In this document: positions 12,640 to 26,500 of the stretch, piece by piece
How the letters are laid out: every line of letters begins with the position of its first letter
How positions within the stretch are numbered: the stretch's first letter is position 1
NCBI GenBank assembly: GCA_963693365.1
Contig: CAVNZM010000001.1
Span: 13,068,418-13,132,417 of the forward strand
DNA from: Amoebidium appalachense
Lineage: Eukaryota > Protista > Ichthyosporea
DNA length: 64,000 nucleotides
Reading direction: 5' to 3'
Translations under genes and position numbers: made by a program
Notes under the pieces: model-generated
The model's input: the letters and a program-made list of their open reading frames with translations, nothing else
What the model was told of the DNA's origin: nothing
Databases searched by the model: none

Positions 12640-12984
12640 GCTGAGCACACAGCGAGGTTGGCCGGTGTGCAGGCGTGCGTGTGGCTGGCGTATACAAGCA
12701 AGCCTGGGGGGAAGAGAGGCGAGAATACGGTGCACCGCAAGGTCTGGCTGGACTGTGCTAGTCGCGGCGGCAAAGTGGTGTACCTTCGAAGGAATGTACG
12801 TGCCGATCAGCGATTGGCTGTTTGCGTAATGGCGCGAGAAAGTGGAAGACAGCCATTGGCTGACATGGGCTGCACCGGCGGCACCGCATTCCTGGCTCTT
12901 GACTCATCTGCGCTTGACACTGTGCTCTACTCGCTCAAGGACGTGACCACCCACGCAGAGTGCACGCTGGGCGATACTGCCACC
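12640..12984. promoter_or_regulatory. Short bidirectional promoter DPAGT1 / USP39
   Basis: About 350 bp between divergent ATGs, with two ATTGGCTG (reverse CCAAT) boxes at about 12813 and 12855. Confidence 0.55.
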
Positions 12985-14064
12985 ATGGCCACAAAGCGCA
13001 CAGCTGAAGACCTCGACGGCCTGGACGCAAAGCGACCACGGCAGGACGCAGATGCAGATGCAAAAGAATTGACAGAGCCGGCAGGAGAGCAGGGCGACGA
13101 CCAAGCAGGTAGGGAGGGTGGGTGGGTGGGTGGGTGGTGGGTGGGTGGGTGGGTGGGTGGGTGGGTGGGTGGGTGGGTGGAAGGGTGGGTAGGAGGGTGG
13201 GTGGGTGGGTGGTAGGGAGGGTGGTAGGGAGGATGGGAGGGAGGGTGGGTGGGTGGGTGGGAGGGTGGGAGTGAGGGAGGGAGGGTGGGAGGGAGGGTGG
13301 TAGGGTGGGTGGGTGGGTGGGTGGGTGGGTGGGTGGATGAGAGGGTGGGTGGGTGGATGGGAGGGTTTGTGGGAGGCAGGATGGGGAGGGAGGGAGAGTG
13401 GGGAAGAGGGAGGGAGGGTGTGTGGGAGGGAGGGCGGCACAGGCCCACAGGGCTGACAGAGGGGGTAGGTGCTGTGGGGAAGGCTACATGGCTGGGCGAC
13501 ACGGGCGGCACAGTGGACCGCAGCCGCAGCTGTCCATATCTGGACACCATAAACAGGTGCAGCCTGCACAGCCACACACACACACCACACAGGCACACAC
13601 ACACCACACACAGGCACACGCGCCCACACACAGTTCGTGCACGGGCCGACACACAGATTCCAGTGCGGGCCCATAAACACGTCAGCACGTACAAAACTCC
13701 ACTGGCCCGCTTCCTGCCACAAGCTTTCCAACTGCGCGCCTTGCCCTGCGCTCACCCATGACTGTAGGCTGCACTAGTTGACTCCCTATGATGTGTGCTG
13801 CTAGAGCCTTTCTCCCTCTATTACCCTCGTAAATCGGCCCCTCTTACACCCCCCACTCTCCTGCTCCCCAACCTATCCCACCCCCCACCTTCCAACTCTG
13901 ACATTTTCCCGTTCCCCGATCTCACTCCTCCCCTTGCTTTAGACTTTAGAGCGTTTCCCGCTCCTCCCCATGTTCCCCTCGTGTTAGCTGCTCTTGGTGG
14001 GGTACATGCGCGTGGAGATTTCTGCTCGCGTCCTGCCATCCCTATACTACCCGCTCCGGTGTTA

Positions 14065-14099
<35 letters not shown>

Positions 14100-14284
14100 A
14101 CCGCCACCACCACCACCCACCCACCCACCCACCCAAGTGCCCTTCTTTCTTCCCCTTTTCTTGCCATCTCATCTCCGTTCTTTCCTGCTCTAACCCCCGC
14201 TCCTTCCCTTTTTTGCTGTCTTCCTGTTCCCTAACTCTGCTGGCAGGCCAGTCCTTACCCCTTGTTTCCTGCCTCCCATATGCT

Positions 14285-14331
<47 letters not shown>

Positions 14332-14775
14332 CCCCCCGGCACTTCTCTGCCCAGGCTGCTCCCCTCTACCCATGTTTGAACCTTTCCCCTTCCCTTATTC
14401 ATTATTTATTGCCTGGTATTCTTTCAGTCCCTTTATCCCCTTCCCTTATTCATGCTTTATTGCCTGGTATTCTTTCAGTCCCTTTATCCCCTTCTGGACC
14501 CCACGCCTTGCTCTTTTCCAACCTTCAGTCTCCCCCCTGGCCTTCTCTTCCATGCCCACACCCCCCCTACATGTTTCTTTCCTCCCCGTGTGCTGTGTGC
14601 CCCTGTGCACTATCCAGGGTGTGCTGTGTGCCCCTCCACCATCCAGGTGTTGACGGGTTTGCAGGGCGCTGCTGGACTTTGACTTTGAGAAGCTGTGCAG
14701 CGTGTCGCTGTCCAACCAGAATGTCTACGCCTGCCTCGTGTGCGGCAAGTACTTCCAGGGTACGTCCACACACCC

Positions 14776-14854
<79 letters not shown>

Positions 14855-15106
14855 CCACGTCCCACTGACGCCACGCTGCAGGGCGGGGCCGGGGCACGCA
14901 TGCACACACACACAGCGTCATGGCCACCCACCACGTGTTTATCAACCTGGGAACACACAAGGTGCCCCCCCTGACCCCCCCTGGGCCGGGCCTGGGCTGT
15001 GGGTGCTGACAGGGGGGGCACAGTTCTACTGCCTGCCCGACAACTACGAAATCATCGATGCCTCCCTGGCCGATATCCAGGTACCATGGGCCCTGGGTGG
15101 AGGGGC

Positions 15107-15137
<31 letters not shown>

Positions 15138-17445
15138 CTGGGTGGGATTGGCTAGGGCCTAGAGGAGAAGGGGGTGATTGAGGGCCTACGCTCTACTAGT
15201 TAATAGTGATGTCCATAATGGTAGGGTTTCTTTTCTTTTCTTTTCTTTTCTTTTCTTTTCTTTTTTCTTTTTTTAGGGGGGGAGGGGAGAGGGGGTTTGG
15301 CTAGGGGAAGAGGTGGGGGGGAAGGGGGAGGGGTTGGGAGGGCTGCTGGGGCTGGGGGAGGGGTGTTGGGGCACTGAGAAGACTTGGGGCACTAGGGGCT
15401 GCTGGACCCCAAGTTCAGCAAAGACGACATAGCGGGCCTGGACACAAGCAGCAGGCAGCACCGCACACTCGACGGCACCCTGTACTACCCCGGTACGTGA
15501 TATGGGGCCAAAATAGGCCTCCACATATGCCAGTATAATGAGTGCATGCGGTGCCAGATAGGCAAGAGGGCCAGGCCAAGCTGCTAGAGTGCCTGGTAGA
15601 GAGGTGGCAGCCGAAGAGGACAAATGGGTTGGTTGACGGCAAAATAACGGCAACCCTTGGCATGGACTATTTGGAACCGTCTTTTTTGATATCTTGTCTG
15701 CAAAGTTGCCTTGGTGCATGTGTTGCGCAGTTGCCTGACAAGCCAGGGCTGAGTCATGGGCCGTTGCAGAGCCTAATATGGCTATTTTCTTCCAGGGGTG
15801 ATTGGCATGAACAACATGACCTAATATGGCTATTTTCTTGCAGGGGTGATTGGCATGAACAACATGACTTAAAATGGCTATTTTCTTCCAGGGGTGATTG
15901 GCATGAACAACATGACTTGATATGGCTATTTTTTTGCAGGGGTGATTGGCATGAACAACATGACTTAATATGGCTATTTTTTTGCAGGGGTGATTGGCAT
16001 GAACAACATGGCCTAATGGCTATTTTCTTCCAGGGGTGATTGGCATGAACAACATGACTGATTGGCATGAACAACATGACCTAATATGGCTATTTTCCTC
16101 CAGGGGTGATTGGCATGAACAACATCAAGGCCAACGACTATGTCAACGTGGTGATGCAGGCGCTGGCACGGGTCAAGGACTTCAGAGACTTCTTCCTGGA
16201 CCAAAACAACTACAGCCGCTGCAGTGACCCCCTGGGTAGGTGCCGTGCCGTGGTGGGCCATGATTGGCTGTGCTGGCCGGGTGGTGGGCCGTGATTGGCT
16301 GAGCTGACCCCGGGTGCAGTGGCGCGCACGGGGGAGCTGATGCGCAAGCTGTGGAGCCGGCAGCACTACAAGGCACACATCAGCCCCCACGAGCTGCTGC
16401 AGGTGGTGCGGGACAGCAGCGGGCGGCGGTTCAACATCACGATGCAGAGCTTTGCCGTGGACTTTGTGGCCTGGTACCTCAACGCCCTGCACAGTGCCCT
16501 GCAGGTCAAGGCCAGGGGCCTACGCACCAGCATTGTCAGTGCATGCTTCCAGGGCCGCATGCGCATCACAGAGCGGAGGATGAGGGCCAGTGAGCTGCTC
16601 ATGGACGAGGTCGAGCAGGCAAGGGCCCAGAGGGCTGAGGATGCACAGGAGGCATTCACCACAACAACAAAGGTACTGTGTGCATGCCACTAGCCACAAA
16701 GGTACTGTGTGTATGCCACTAGCCACAAAGGTACTGTGTGCATGCCACTAGCCACAAAGGTACTGTGTGCATGCCACTAGCCACAAAGGTACTGTGTGCA
16801 TGCACACCTTTATCCACCACAAAGGCACTGTGTGCATGCACACCACTAGCCACAAAGGTACTGTGTGCATGCACCCCAGCATCCACCCACACCGAACCCC
16901 CCCTGCAGGAGTCTGCCTTCATGTTCCTGACACTGGACGTGCCGCCACCGCCCCTGTTCAAAGATGCCGAGGGTGCCAATGTGATCCCTCAGGTGCCCCT
17001 CTTCTCTCTGCTCAACAAGTTTGACGGCACCACCGAGCAGGTGCGTGTGTGCCTGTGTGCCTGTGTGTGTGTCTCGGCATGGGGGGGATACTGAAGCTGT
17101 GCGGGTGCAGCGGCGAGGCAACATGGCCACCACGTACAAGCTGACAGCACTGCCCAAGTATCTGGTGCTGTACATCAAGCGCTTCACAAAGAACAACTTC
17201 TTTCTCGAGCGCAACCCCACCATCGTCAACTTTCCCGTCAAGAATCTGGAGCTCAAGGACTGTATGTGTTTGTGTGTGGGGAGGGGGGGGTAAAGACCGG
17301 TGGACTGAATGTTGTGGTGGTTCAGACGTGGAGGGTGGCGAGGGCACCAGCACCAAGTACGACCTGCTGGCCAATGTCGTGAGGGATGGGCCCCCAGAGG
17401 CCGGCAAGGGCACATACCGTGTGCACATATTGCACAAGGTAGGCA

Positions 17446-17482
<37 letters not shown>

Positions 17483-17515
17483 GGAAGGTGCACAAGGTGG
17501 CCAGGGGGGTAGGGA

Positions 17516-17546
<31 letters not shown>

Positions 17547-17658
17547 TAGTGCACAAAGTAGGCACATGTAGGTGGCATGCTCAGGTGTTGAGAGCAGAAG
17601 CCGGCATGTGCTGGGGTCTGTGGGCCATGGGCATGGCTGCCTGGGAATATGTGCGCCA

Positions 17659-17690
<32 letters not shown>

Positions 17691-18444
17691 GGGGGGGGCT
17701 GGGTGGTCCAGCATGGTGAGAATGTGGTGCACGGTGTGGTGGGCTAGGAGCTGTGTGTCGGGATGGTCAAGGGGCCAGCACTGAAAGGGGCATGGTTGCT
17801 CGGCACACCAGGCCACAGGGCAATGGTACGAGATGGAGGACCTCAACATCACACCAGTGCTGCCCCAGGTCATCACAATCTCGGAGGCTTACCTGCAGGT
17901 ACACACAGACTGTTGTTACACGGGCACATGCAGTCGCACATGTGCCCTCGTACAGGCACACTCACACACATACACACACATACACACATGTTTGCGCGTG
18001 CATGGGCACACACGCATTGGTGGGCGCGCGCACACACACACACACATGCATGGGGCCCCACAAACACAAGCACGTGCGGTCACACATACAGCCACACACA
18101 CACGCGCGCGCGCGCGCGCGCGCGCGCACGCGCACTGGAGCCACACAAGCACAAGCAGATGCGGGCAAAGCCGAGCGCATACACAAACAAACACACAGAC
18201 ACACGCACACACGCTTGCACACACACACACACATTGCGGGAGAAAGAGAGGGAGGGGCGGATATATTTGTAAACACACACACACACGCGCGCCGGCGCGC
18301 GCGCGCGCGCGCGCGCATTGATATACATACATATGTATATAATCTATGGGAGTCATACATATTTATTCGAAAATCATGATATTATGTATATATACCCACA
18401 CATATGTATATATTGGGGCCACCGCAGGCTCAAGCACACTCGGG

Positions 18445-18475
<31 letters not shown>

Positions 18476-18513
18476 ACACATGCACACACACACACACACA
18501 CGCACGCACACAT

Positions 18514-18573
<60 letters not shown>

Positions 18574-18775
18574 ATGTGCTACACCCACTTGGGGTGCTGC
18601 TGGCATAGCAATGCATGAATCCCTTGTCCCAGCCTGTGTGTGGGTAGCAAGGCAGCGGGCCCTGGCCCTCACGTGGCACGTTGGGCCCATGCCTGCCTGT
18701 GGCTGCCTGGTAGGGGCATGTGCCACGAGTGGTGTGTGCTGACGGGGGCTGCAGATCTACGAGCGCCAGGGCTAG
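12985..18775 (+). CDS. USP39: U4/U6.U5 tri-snRNP-associated protein 2 (USP39/SAD1), multi-exon
   Basis: CPYLDTINR, LDFDFEKLCSVSLSNQNVYACLVCGKYFQGRG (ZnF-UBP), FYCLPDNYEIID, PGVIGMNNIKANDY (catalytic Cys replaced, typical of USP39), HISPHELLQ, KRFTKNNFFLERNPTIVNFP, YDLLANVV, SEAYLQ|IYERQG*. Start context GCCACCATGG at 12985. Confidence 0.96.
15772..16125 (+). repeat. Tandem array of a 48-nt unit containing branch point, pyrimidine tract, 3' splice site and exon start
   Basis: CCTAATATGGCTATTTTCTTCCAG|GGGTGATTGGCATGAACAACATGA. AG ends at 15795, 15843, 15891, 15939, 15987, 16033 and at the productive site 16103. Confidence 0.93.
16666..16875 (+). repeat. Tandem array of a ~29-nt unit containing the 5' splice site
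   Basis: CACAAAG|GTACTGTGTGCATGCCACTAGC, 6-7 copies, starting at the exon end (donor 16673). Confidence 0.9.
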
Positions 18776-20536
18776 GCCCACTGCTGATTGGCCCAGGGTC
18801 ATGCGCACTGCTGGACAGTGGCCCATGCACCTGGGACCCCCCGTGGCGAATCAAGAGGCAGCAATGCTGGCCGGTGGCATGGTGACCAATCAAATGCATG
18901 CACAGTACCAGTATGCCCAGCCAATCAAGTAATGCACTGTGTGCTGTGTGTGGTTGCGGCCAGACCACGGCCATGACAGTCATTCAGCCGGCACAGTGCA
19001 AGCAAAAGTTGGTATGTGTACGACGGTGTTTCTGTTTCAATGTACATATGCGCCATCAGTAAGAGGAGGAAAAAAGGGGGGGGGGGGGGGGGGGGGGGCA
19101 AACGGCAAAGCCGTCACTAGCCTGCGGACCTCAGACACAGGCAAATAAATGACATGCGGGCACACAAGCAAGTCACCATTCCAGGCTGCAACAACCCTTT
19201 AACCGGTGAGCTACACAACAAATACACTCCTGGATCCGACGACTGCCACGGGACGGGTGATTGGGGCCACCCCAACTCTACCTGCGACTGCACACGTGTG
19301 CATGGTGAAGCCGCCCAGGCCGCTAAGGAGAGTTGCCAGGTTTGGTTGGCCCCAGCAGAAACCGGGCACCGTCAGATTCAAGTGCACCCGGCGCTGATCA
19401 GGAAGAGTGGCAGCAGAAAACTAAAAATGGTCAGAAAGGACAGGATAGGCAACCCATGCATGGGCCCTGGCGGGTCACAAACCTCAATTGAAAGACCCGT
19501 GATGATAATCTGCCATCGGCCGTTTCTTAATCGGTATCAGCCATGACACGACATAATTGGTTGTCATGTGGGTGTCGGCTGGTGTGTTGCATGTTCATGT
19601 GGTGTGACATGTCGGGAAGCCTGGACAAGAAAGATAGGCCAAGCACCACCAAACCATGCTGAGGTTGCTTGGCAAGTTATGTGATGTGGCAGCAACAGCA
19701 CCAGCTTAGGCGGAGCAGCTGCTGGTGTGTGTTTACACGGGAAAACATTACTGGATCCGAGACGTGTCCGGCTCGCACGCTGAAGGACCACAACCAACTT
19801 AACAGACCCCCTAGGTCTAGCAGAGGCACCAGAGCACCGTGGACCCACACGTGTAAGCAGGGTGCCGTGTTTGCTCGTGCAGGGCCAATCACTGCTACAC
19901 GGCCATCGTTATCCCACATTAAAACCCCCCTTGATGTGGGGTGCCTGGTCCAGCATGCCTGGCCGTGGGCCACACCGACAGCAGGGCCACGGTGCTACCC
20001 AGCAGTCTGGGTGCATGTGCTGCTGCTGGCCCCATTCTGATTGGCTGCCTGGTGCAATCAACTGCGGGGAGCGGCCAGCATCGGGCCCCTGAGCTTGCAG
20101 ATGCCTTGCACATTCCTGCCAGGTGCTTGGTGGTGGCACACACGAGCACCGGGTCGCGGCATGGCCCCTGAGGGCCGGTAGAGCCATGATGCACTGGATA
20201 CATGGGCCCAGGTTTATTGGCAAACATACAGCACATGCATGCCTACATACATCTGGATTGACCAACTAGATACATCCACTTAACATGCATGCCTCCATAC
20301 ATCTGGCTTTAGCGAAGAGAAGATACATATCATTAACATCGATACTTATACACATCTGGATTCACATGCATGCCTATACACATCTGGGTTAGCATGCACG
20401 CCTACATACAGTCAATAGACCTGCCCACGGTGGCCTATGTGGCCCATTAACACCGACCATACGCACAACACCGACCATACGCGCATCACTAATCGACATT
20501 CGCACATTTCCACCGTGTTGCTCACAGCCCACACCC

Positions 20537-23500
20537 TTATGCCTGCCCCCAGTGCGCTGCCACCTCGGCCTCCCCGCATGCCTGCAGATAGCCCACACAC
20601 TGCTGGGGCTCTGGCCTCCCCTCCAGCCACTCCCGCAGCAGCAGGGCCAGAGAAATCTGGCCCGTGTGGCCCGGCATGCTCTGCAGGGCGCCACACAGGG
20701 GGGCCCATGAGCTGGCCTGGGTGGGGCCCAGGGCCAGCAGGCAGCGGTTGAGGGCCTGCAGGCAGGGGGCTGGCAGGGCCGTGCGGTACAGCTGCAGCAG
20801 CTGTGCACGCAAACTGTGGCCCCCGGCCAGGGCCTGGCGCACCCCCGCACAGCCGTGCAGGGCATGGGCCACGGCAGCAAGGGCCCTCTCCTGCACGGCC
20901 GGCCACAGGCAGCTGGCAGCCAGCAGCTGGCCCAGCACATGCAGCAGGCCCAGTGTGTCCTCGGCACCCTCTGCATGGCAAAGTCAGCACAGGCCTGCAT
21001 CCACAGCCTCATGGCCTGCTTGCTCACACCCATGGTACGTGCTGGGCTGGCCTGCACACATGGCTCCATGGAACCACTGCCCAGCATCCCACACCCTACC
21101 CATGATGCACGCAAATAAGGTCACACCCTACTCATTATACAGACAACATAGCGTATATGTTGTGATTCAGCCACCAGCATGGGGTCCACTGAATAGCCCG
21201 ACCCATGCCTGCACATGGCAGATCTGCAAGCGCACACGCACCTGCCAGGGCGGCGGCCTGCTCTGTGCTACGCAGGGCCAGGTCGAGCAGTGATTGGTCC
21301 ATGGGGGCCACGGCCAGCAGGCGAGCTAATGGGCCGGGGGGCAGTGCAGCAGCAGCCCCATGCAGCAAATCCACCAGGCTGCCTGCCACGTCGGCCCCCA
21401 CAGCCCCGTGGCTCAGCAGCCGGCAGGCCAGCAGCCTTGCCTCCGTAGCCAGGGGGCCAGGGGGATTGGTGTGGCGCAGCATGTTGGCCATGATCTGCAT
21501 GTAACCTCAGTTCAGTACTGGCTAACCACCCGCACAGTGTGGGGGGGGAGGGAGGGCGGAGAGGGGGAGGGGGGGGGGGGCACCTGGACAGCAGCCAGGC
21601 GAGGGCTGGGCAGGGCGCCGGGACGGGCATATGTGGCCGGCGCCACGTGGTCACGGTGCTGGGCTGAGGGGGCCTCGGGCTGGGAGGCCACGGCCAGCAG
21701 CCACGGGGCAAGGCCGTGGTGGCGGGCCATGTCCCGGGCAACATCGGCCACCTGCAAACAACTGTCAGACCCATGCACCAGGCCTGCAGGGCCACAGGGC
21801 CCAGCATGCCAGGGCCCAGCATGCCCATGCAGCCACAGCTATGGCCACCCTGCTCACAACGCTTAGGAGAGAGCTACGTGACCCAGACACCCAGCAATAT
21901 TAAGCACGGTGACCCAGACACCCAGTCCTGCATATGGCATCCACTAACACATGCTCTCATAAAGGTGCTTGGTCCTCTGCCACTATGGTGCATGTATGGT
22001 GCATGCAGGGGCCAGGATGGTGCATGTGTGGTGCATGCATGATGCCTATGTGGGGTAAGTATGGTGCATATATGTGGTCAGTATGGTGCATATATGTGGT
22101 CAATATGGTGCATATATGGGGTCAATATGGGGCCAGTATGGTGCATATATGGGGCCAGTATGGTGCATATATGGGATCAGGATGGTGCATAAATGGGGTC
22201 GTGTGGTGCATTCAGGGGCCAGTATGGTGCACATATGGGGCCAGTATGGTGCATGTGTGGTGCATGCAGGGGCCAGTATGGTGCATATATGGGGTCAGTA
22301 TGGTGCATAAATGGCCAGTATGGCGAATATGTGGTATGGTGCATATATGGGGCCAGTATGGTGCATGCATGGGGCCAGTATGGTGCATATATGGGGTCAG
22401 GATGGTGAATATGTGGTATGGTGCAAATATGGGGCCAGTATGGTGCATGCATGGGATCAGTATGGTGCATGCATGGGATCAGTATGGTGCATATATGGGG
22501 TCAGTATGGTGCATATATGGGGCCCACCTGGCTGGCCTGCAGCAGGACCTGCAGCACGAGGGTACGCCCAGTGCGGTCGGCCAACAAAGAGTTGTGGTAG
22601 CTGCTCCCCTCCCTGTCAGCCCCGGCCCCCTCCCCCGTCCCCCTCCTCCCCCTCCCTCTCCCCGCACCTCAGCAGAAGCTCCAGCACGTGTCTGCGGCGG
22701 TACAGGGCCCAGTCCGTGCTGCCGGCCAGGCCGTAGACCAGCCAGCGCAGCATCCACACCCGCTCCGTGCCCCCCTGCTCCCCCCCACTGCCCCGCAGTC
22801 AGTCCTGCCCCTTGCCTGCACGGCACCATAGGGCCAGTAGGGTACCTGTTGAAGAAGGCGTAGAATAGCGGCACATCGTCCAGCGGCAGGAGGGGCCGCT
22901 GGAGCAGGAACCGGTTGATGGCCTTGTAACTGTGCCAGCGTCAGCATGCTGCATCCCACCCATGCGCATGCACATGCACACATGTGGGCACATATCTAAG
23001 AGCCCCAACACACACTATGTGGCGATGATGGGCCATGCATACTTGCCAGACCAAAGGGGTGGGTCAGGGTCGATAACCCGGTGGTCTTACTGAGCACGCA
23101 CATAGGAAAACTCGGGTATCATAAGTAGCGCCATGCCACCGATAGCAAAACACTCAAACAGCCTTCTTTAGGTCGTTTTAGTTTTAGACTTGCAGATAAT
23201 ATGTTGAACACAGTTATCTAAAGTGATGTACAAGACACTAAAAATCTTTTCATATGGCTCGAAGAAGTAATAGCTGCAATGTGTCACCAACAGCGCATAT
23301 GGCCATCTGCATATCAACTAGAACCACCCATAGTCCGGCTGACTGAAAGGGATCGGGACAAAGAGAAATCAACTAGAACCACCCATAGTCCGGCTGACTG
23401 AAAGGGATCGGGACAAAGAGAAATCCACCCATCATATCCCATCAGTGTGAACAGCGATTTGGGATATTCAATATATCCACTGTCGTCCTATTTGTTATCA

Positions 23501-26500
23501 TAAATGGTGGTTGGCTGGCTATCATATCCCATCAGTGTGAACAGCGATTTGTGATATTCAATATATTCACTGTCGTCCTATTTGTTATCATAAACGGTGG
23601 TTGGCTGGCTATCATACCGCCAGTGTGAACATGCCCGTAGGTCGGTTAACATGCTACAACTGGGGGCCTGATCCACAATCATCACGAGGCATGGCCCTGA
23701 CCTGATGGTGCCAACCAATCGCACAGCACTGGCCATGCAACATGCACACACACACTGGGGGGCACTCACAGGGGGTGGTCGGGGGCCAGCATGATCTGCA
23801 GGGTCTCGCACACAAACATGGTCACCACGGCCGGCACCTGGCACCCCTCCTCGCCCAGCCCGTTGCGCAGCTGGCCCAGCACGTGTTCGACCTGCCAGCA
23901 CCCTGTCAGAGGGCCACCCAGCCTGCCTGCAGGTTGCACCCCATGCACGTGCACACACCTGTGGCTGCTCGCGGAAGGACCCGGCGGGCAGGTGGATGGT
24001 GAGCAGCAGGTGCAGCAGGTAGGAGGCCGCATGCCGCACGGCCGGCTCCAGGGAGCTCAGTGCCCGCACGGCATAGGCGGCCACATGGCCGGCCACCAGT
24101 GCCCGGGCATCCAGCGGGCCGCCGTCCAGAGCCAGCGCCAACACCGGCAGCAGGAAGGCCGGGTCGTAGCCCTGCCGCTGGCCATCGGCCACGCCCTGGC
24201 AGGGGGCACCCCGTGGCTCCAGGGGCCTGTGCACGGCAAAGGCCCGCACGCTGATGCACAGCCGCCGCTCATCCAGCCCGTCCAGCACGGCCTGTGCCCA
24301 TGCCCCTGCACCCCTAATCATGAGCCCCGGCCCGGCAGCCAGCCACCGGGCCCCAGCCACGGGGCATACCTATGGGGGCATCGGGGCGCAGGCGGGCAGT
24401 CAGGCTGGCCGGGCCCCACTGGGCGGCCAATGGGGCCACCTGCAGGCCCTGGCGCTCGTACAGCTGCAGCACCTGCAACAGCAGACAGTCGGCCTCGTAC
24501 AGCGACGCCTGGTACGCCCCCAGCAGCAGTACCACGTGGCCCTCCTGCGCCGCCTTGGGGCAGGCCATGACCAGCCCGTGCAGCAGCCGCACCAGCCCCA
24601 GACGCTGCGGCGCCTCCTGCGTGCTGCCCCCCACCCCTCAGCCCATTGCCCGGCACACACCCCACCGCCAGGGCCCATACTCCTACCTGGCCAGCCAATG
24701 CTCGGCGGCAGCAGCCCTGTTCTCGTCGGGGGGTGCGTGCAGGCCCGGCACCAGCAGGGCCGGGGCCTGGGAGTGGCCCAGCAGCATGTCCAGCATGCTA
24801 CCCCCATCGAGCTGCCCCTCGGCCGGGGCATTGGGTGCAAACAGTGGGTGCAGTGACTGCAGCGTCGTGTGCAGTGTCTGGATGGCCGCCGCACAGCCCA
24901 GCCGCCGCTTGAGGGTTTGCCGCACCAGCGCTGTCAGGGCTGGCCCCAGGCCTGGTGGGTAGCTGGTGGGGGGGCCAGCAGCCAGCATCTGCTGCAGCAT
25001 GGCCTGCAGCGCACCCACAGCCACACTGTCGCCATGGGCCTGCCCGTAGGACTGTGCCAGGGACCATAGGCAGCCCACAAGCAGCCTGCTGCCACCTGGG
25101 CGCTGCCCGAGGGCCGAGGCCAGGGCTGTGTGTGCTGGGCCCCAGGGCTTGGGGGGGCTGAGGCGTGCAGGCACCAGGGCCTGCAGGTCTGCAGCAAGGG
25201 CCACCTCCTGCTCGGAGCTCAGTAGTCCTCCCGTTGCCATGCGGCCAAGCAGTGCCGCCAGTGCCGTGGCCGTGGGCTCGTCGACATCGCCGCCCTGCAG
25301 CCACTGTTGCCCAGTCCGCCAGCATGTCGTCACCAGCGGCTCAAGCACACCCGCATCCTGTACCCGGCCAGTATCAGCCTTCCTCCCCCCTCCCCCATCC
25401 CCCTTAACGCTAAGAAAAAGGGGAAAAAAACAACAAACCAAAAAAAATACACGGGAAAAAAAAAAACGACCCATTGCGGGGGCACCGACCTCACCGGCCA
25501 GCAAGTGGGCCTCGACCAGTGCAGCCAGCACGGGCAGACTGTCCAATGGCCGGGCCAGCAGGTCCTGGCCGAGTGCTGGCTGGGCCTGCAGCCTGGCCCT
25601 CAACATATGACGGCAGTAGGGGCTGCTGCGAAGCGCCCAGCCTGCTGCAGCCATAGCCTCGGGCCCAGCATCCGCACCCACGGCCCAGGCCAGCCAGTCG
25701 GCATCCACAGCAAGCGCATAGTCCGGCAGCCCCTGCCGTGCCAGTCAGCATCCACCCAAAGGGGTCACGTCTGGGCCAACATCCCCCTCGATGTCCATTG
25801 GCCGATAAAGCGACCTCACACCAGACACGCATGGCAAACAGTGAGCTTGTATTTGGCATACTGAACTCATGCACGGCCACCATGAGACCCCCTCCTTGAA
25901 GAGCCATATTGAAGAGCCATGTGAGCAGCCAGGGCGCCACGAGCACCTCAAACCCCCAAACCCAGCATGCCAAGACCCCAATAAGGGCCCACCCAGCCTT
26001 GCACTCACCTGGCCCTGGGGCCCACAGCAGGCAGCCAGGTGGTCTGCAGCCATGGCCGCCAGCTCGGGGGCGCCCGTAGCTGCCCACAGGTTCAGCAGCC
26101 TGTGCAGCTGGTCGATGCGCAGCTGCTGGGCCGCACGGCAGGCCCCCAGCATGCTGCAGCACACCCAGGCCCCGCCCCCCGTTGCCGCCAGCAGGCTGTC
26201 GGGCAGTGCCAGGACGCTGGCCACCAGCTGCTGCAGTGCCGCCTGGCTGGCCAGGGCCGCATGCTGGCCCAGCACCCCAAGCGCCAGCCCCGTGCATGCC
26301 TGCCAGCCATATGCTCAGCAACCCTCTTATACCCCTACCCCCCACCTGTGTCCCCTCATCACACACACGCACCGGCCAGGGCGAATCCGGGCTGCTGCAG
26401 TAGTGCGTTAGGCGGCGCTGCAGGCCAGCCACGGCCTCCTCCACGCAGGGCTGGCCCAGCCCCCTGTGGGTGGGGGGCAGGCAGTGCAGGGCCAGGCACA

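Noticed and set aside
15542-16039. 165-aa ORF with DWHEQHDLIWLF repeats
   Set aside because: Off-frame reading of the 48-nt intronic acceptor array, with no independent evidence of coding.
21934-22863. 309-aa ORF with GQYGAYMG repeats
   Set aside because: Antisense translation of a URB1 intronic minisatellite.
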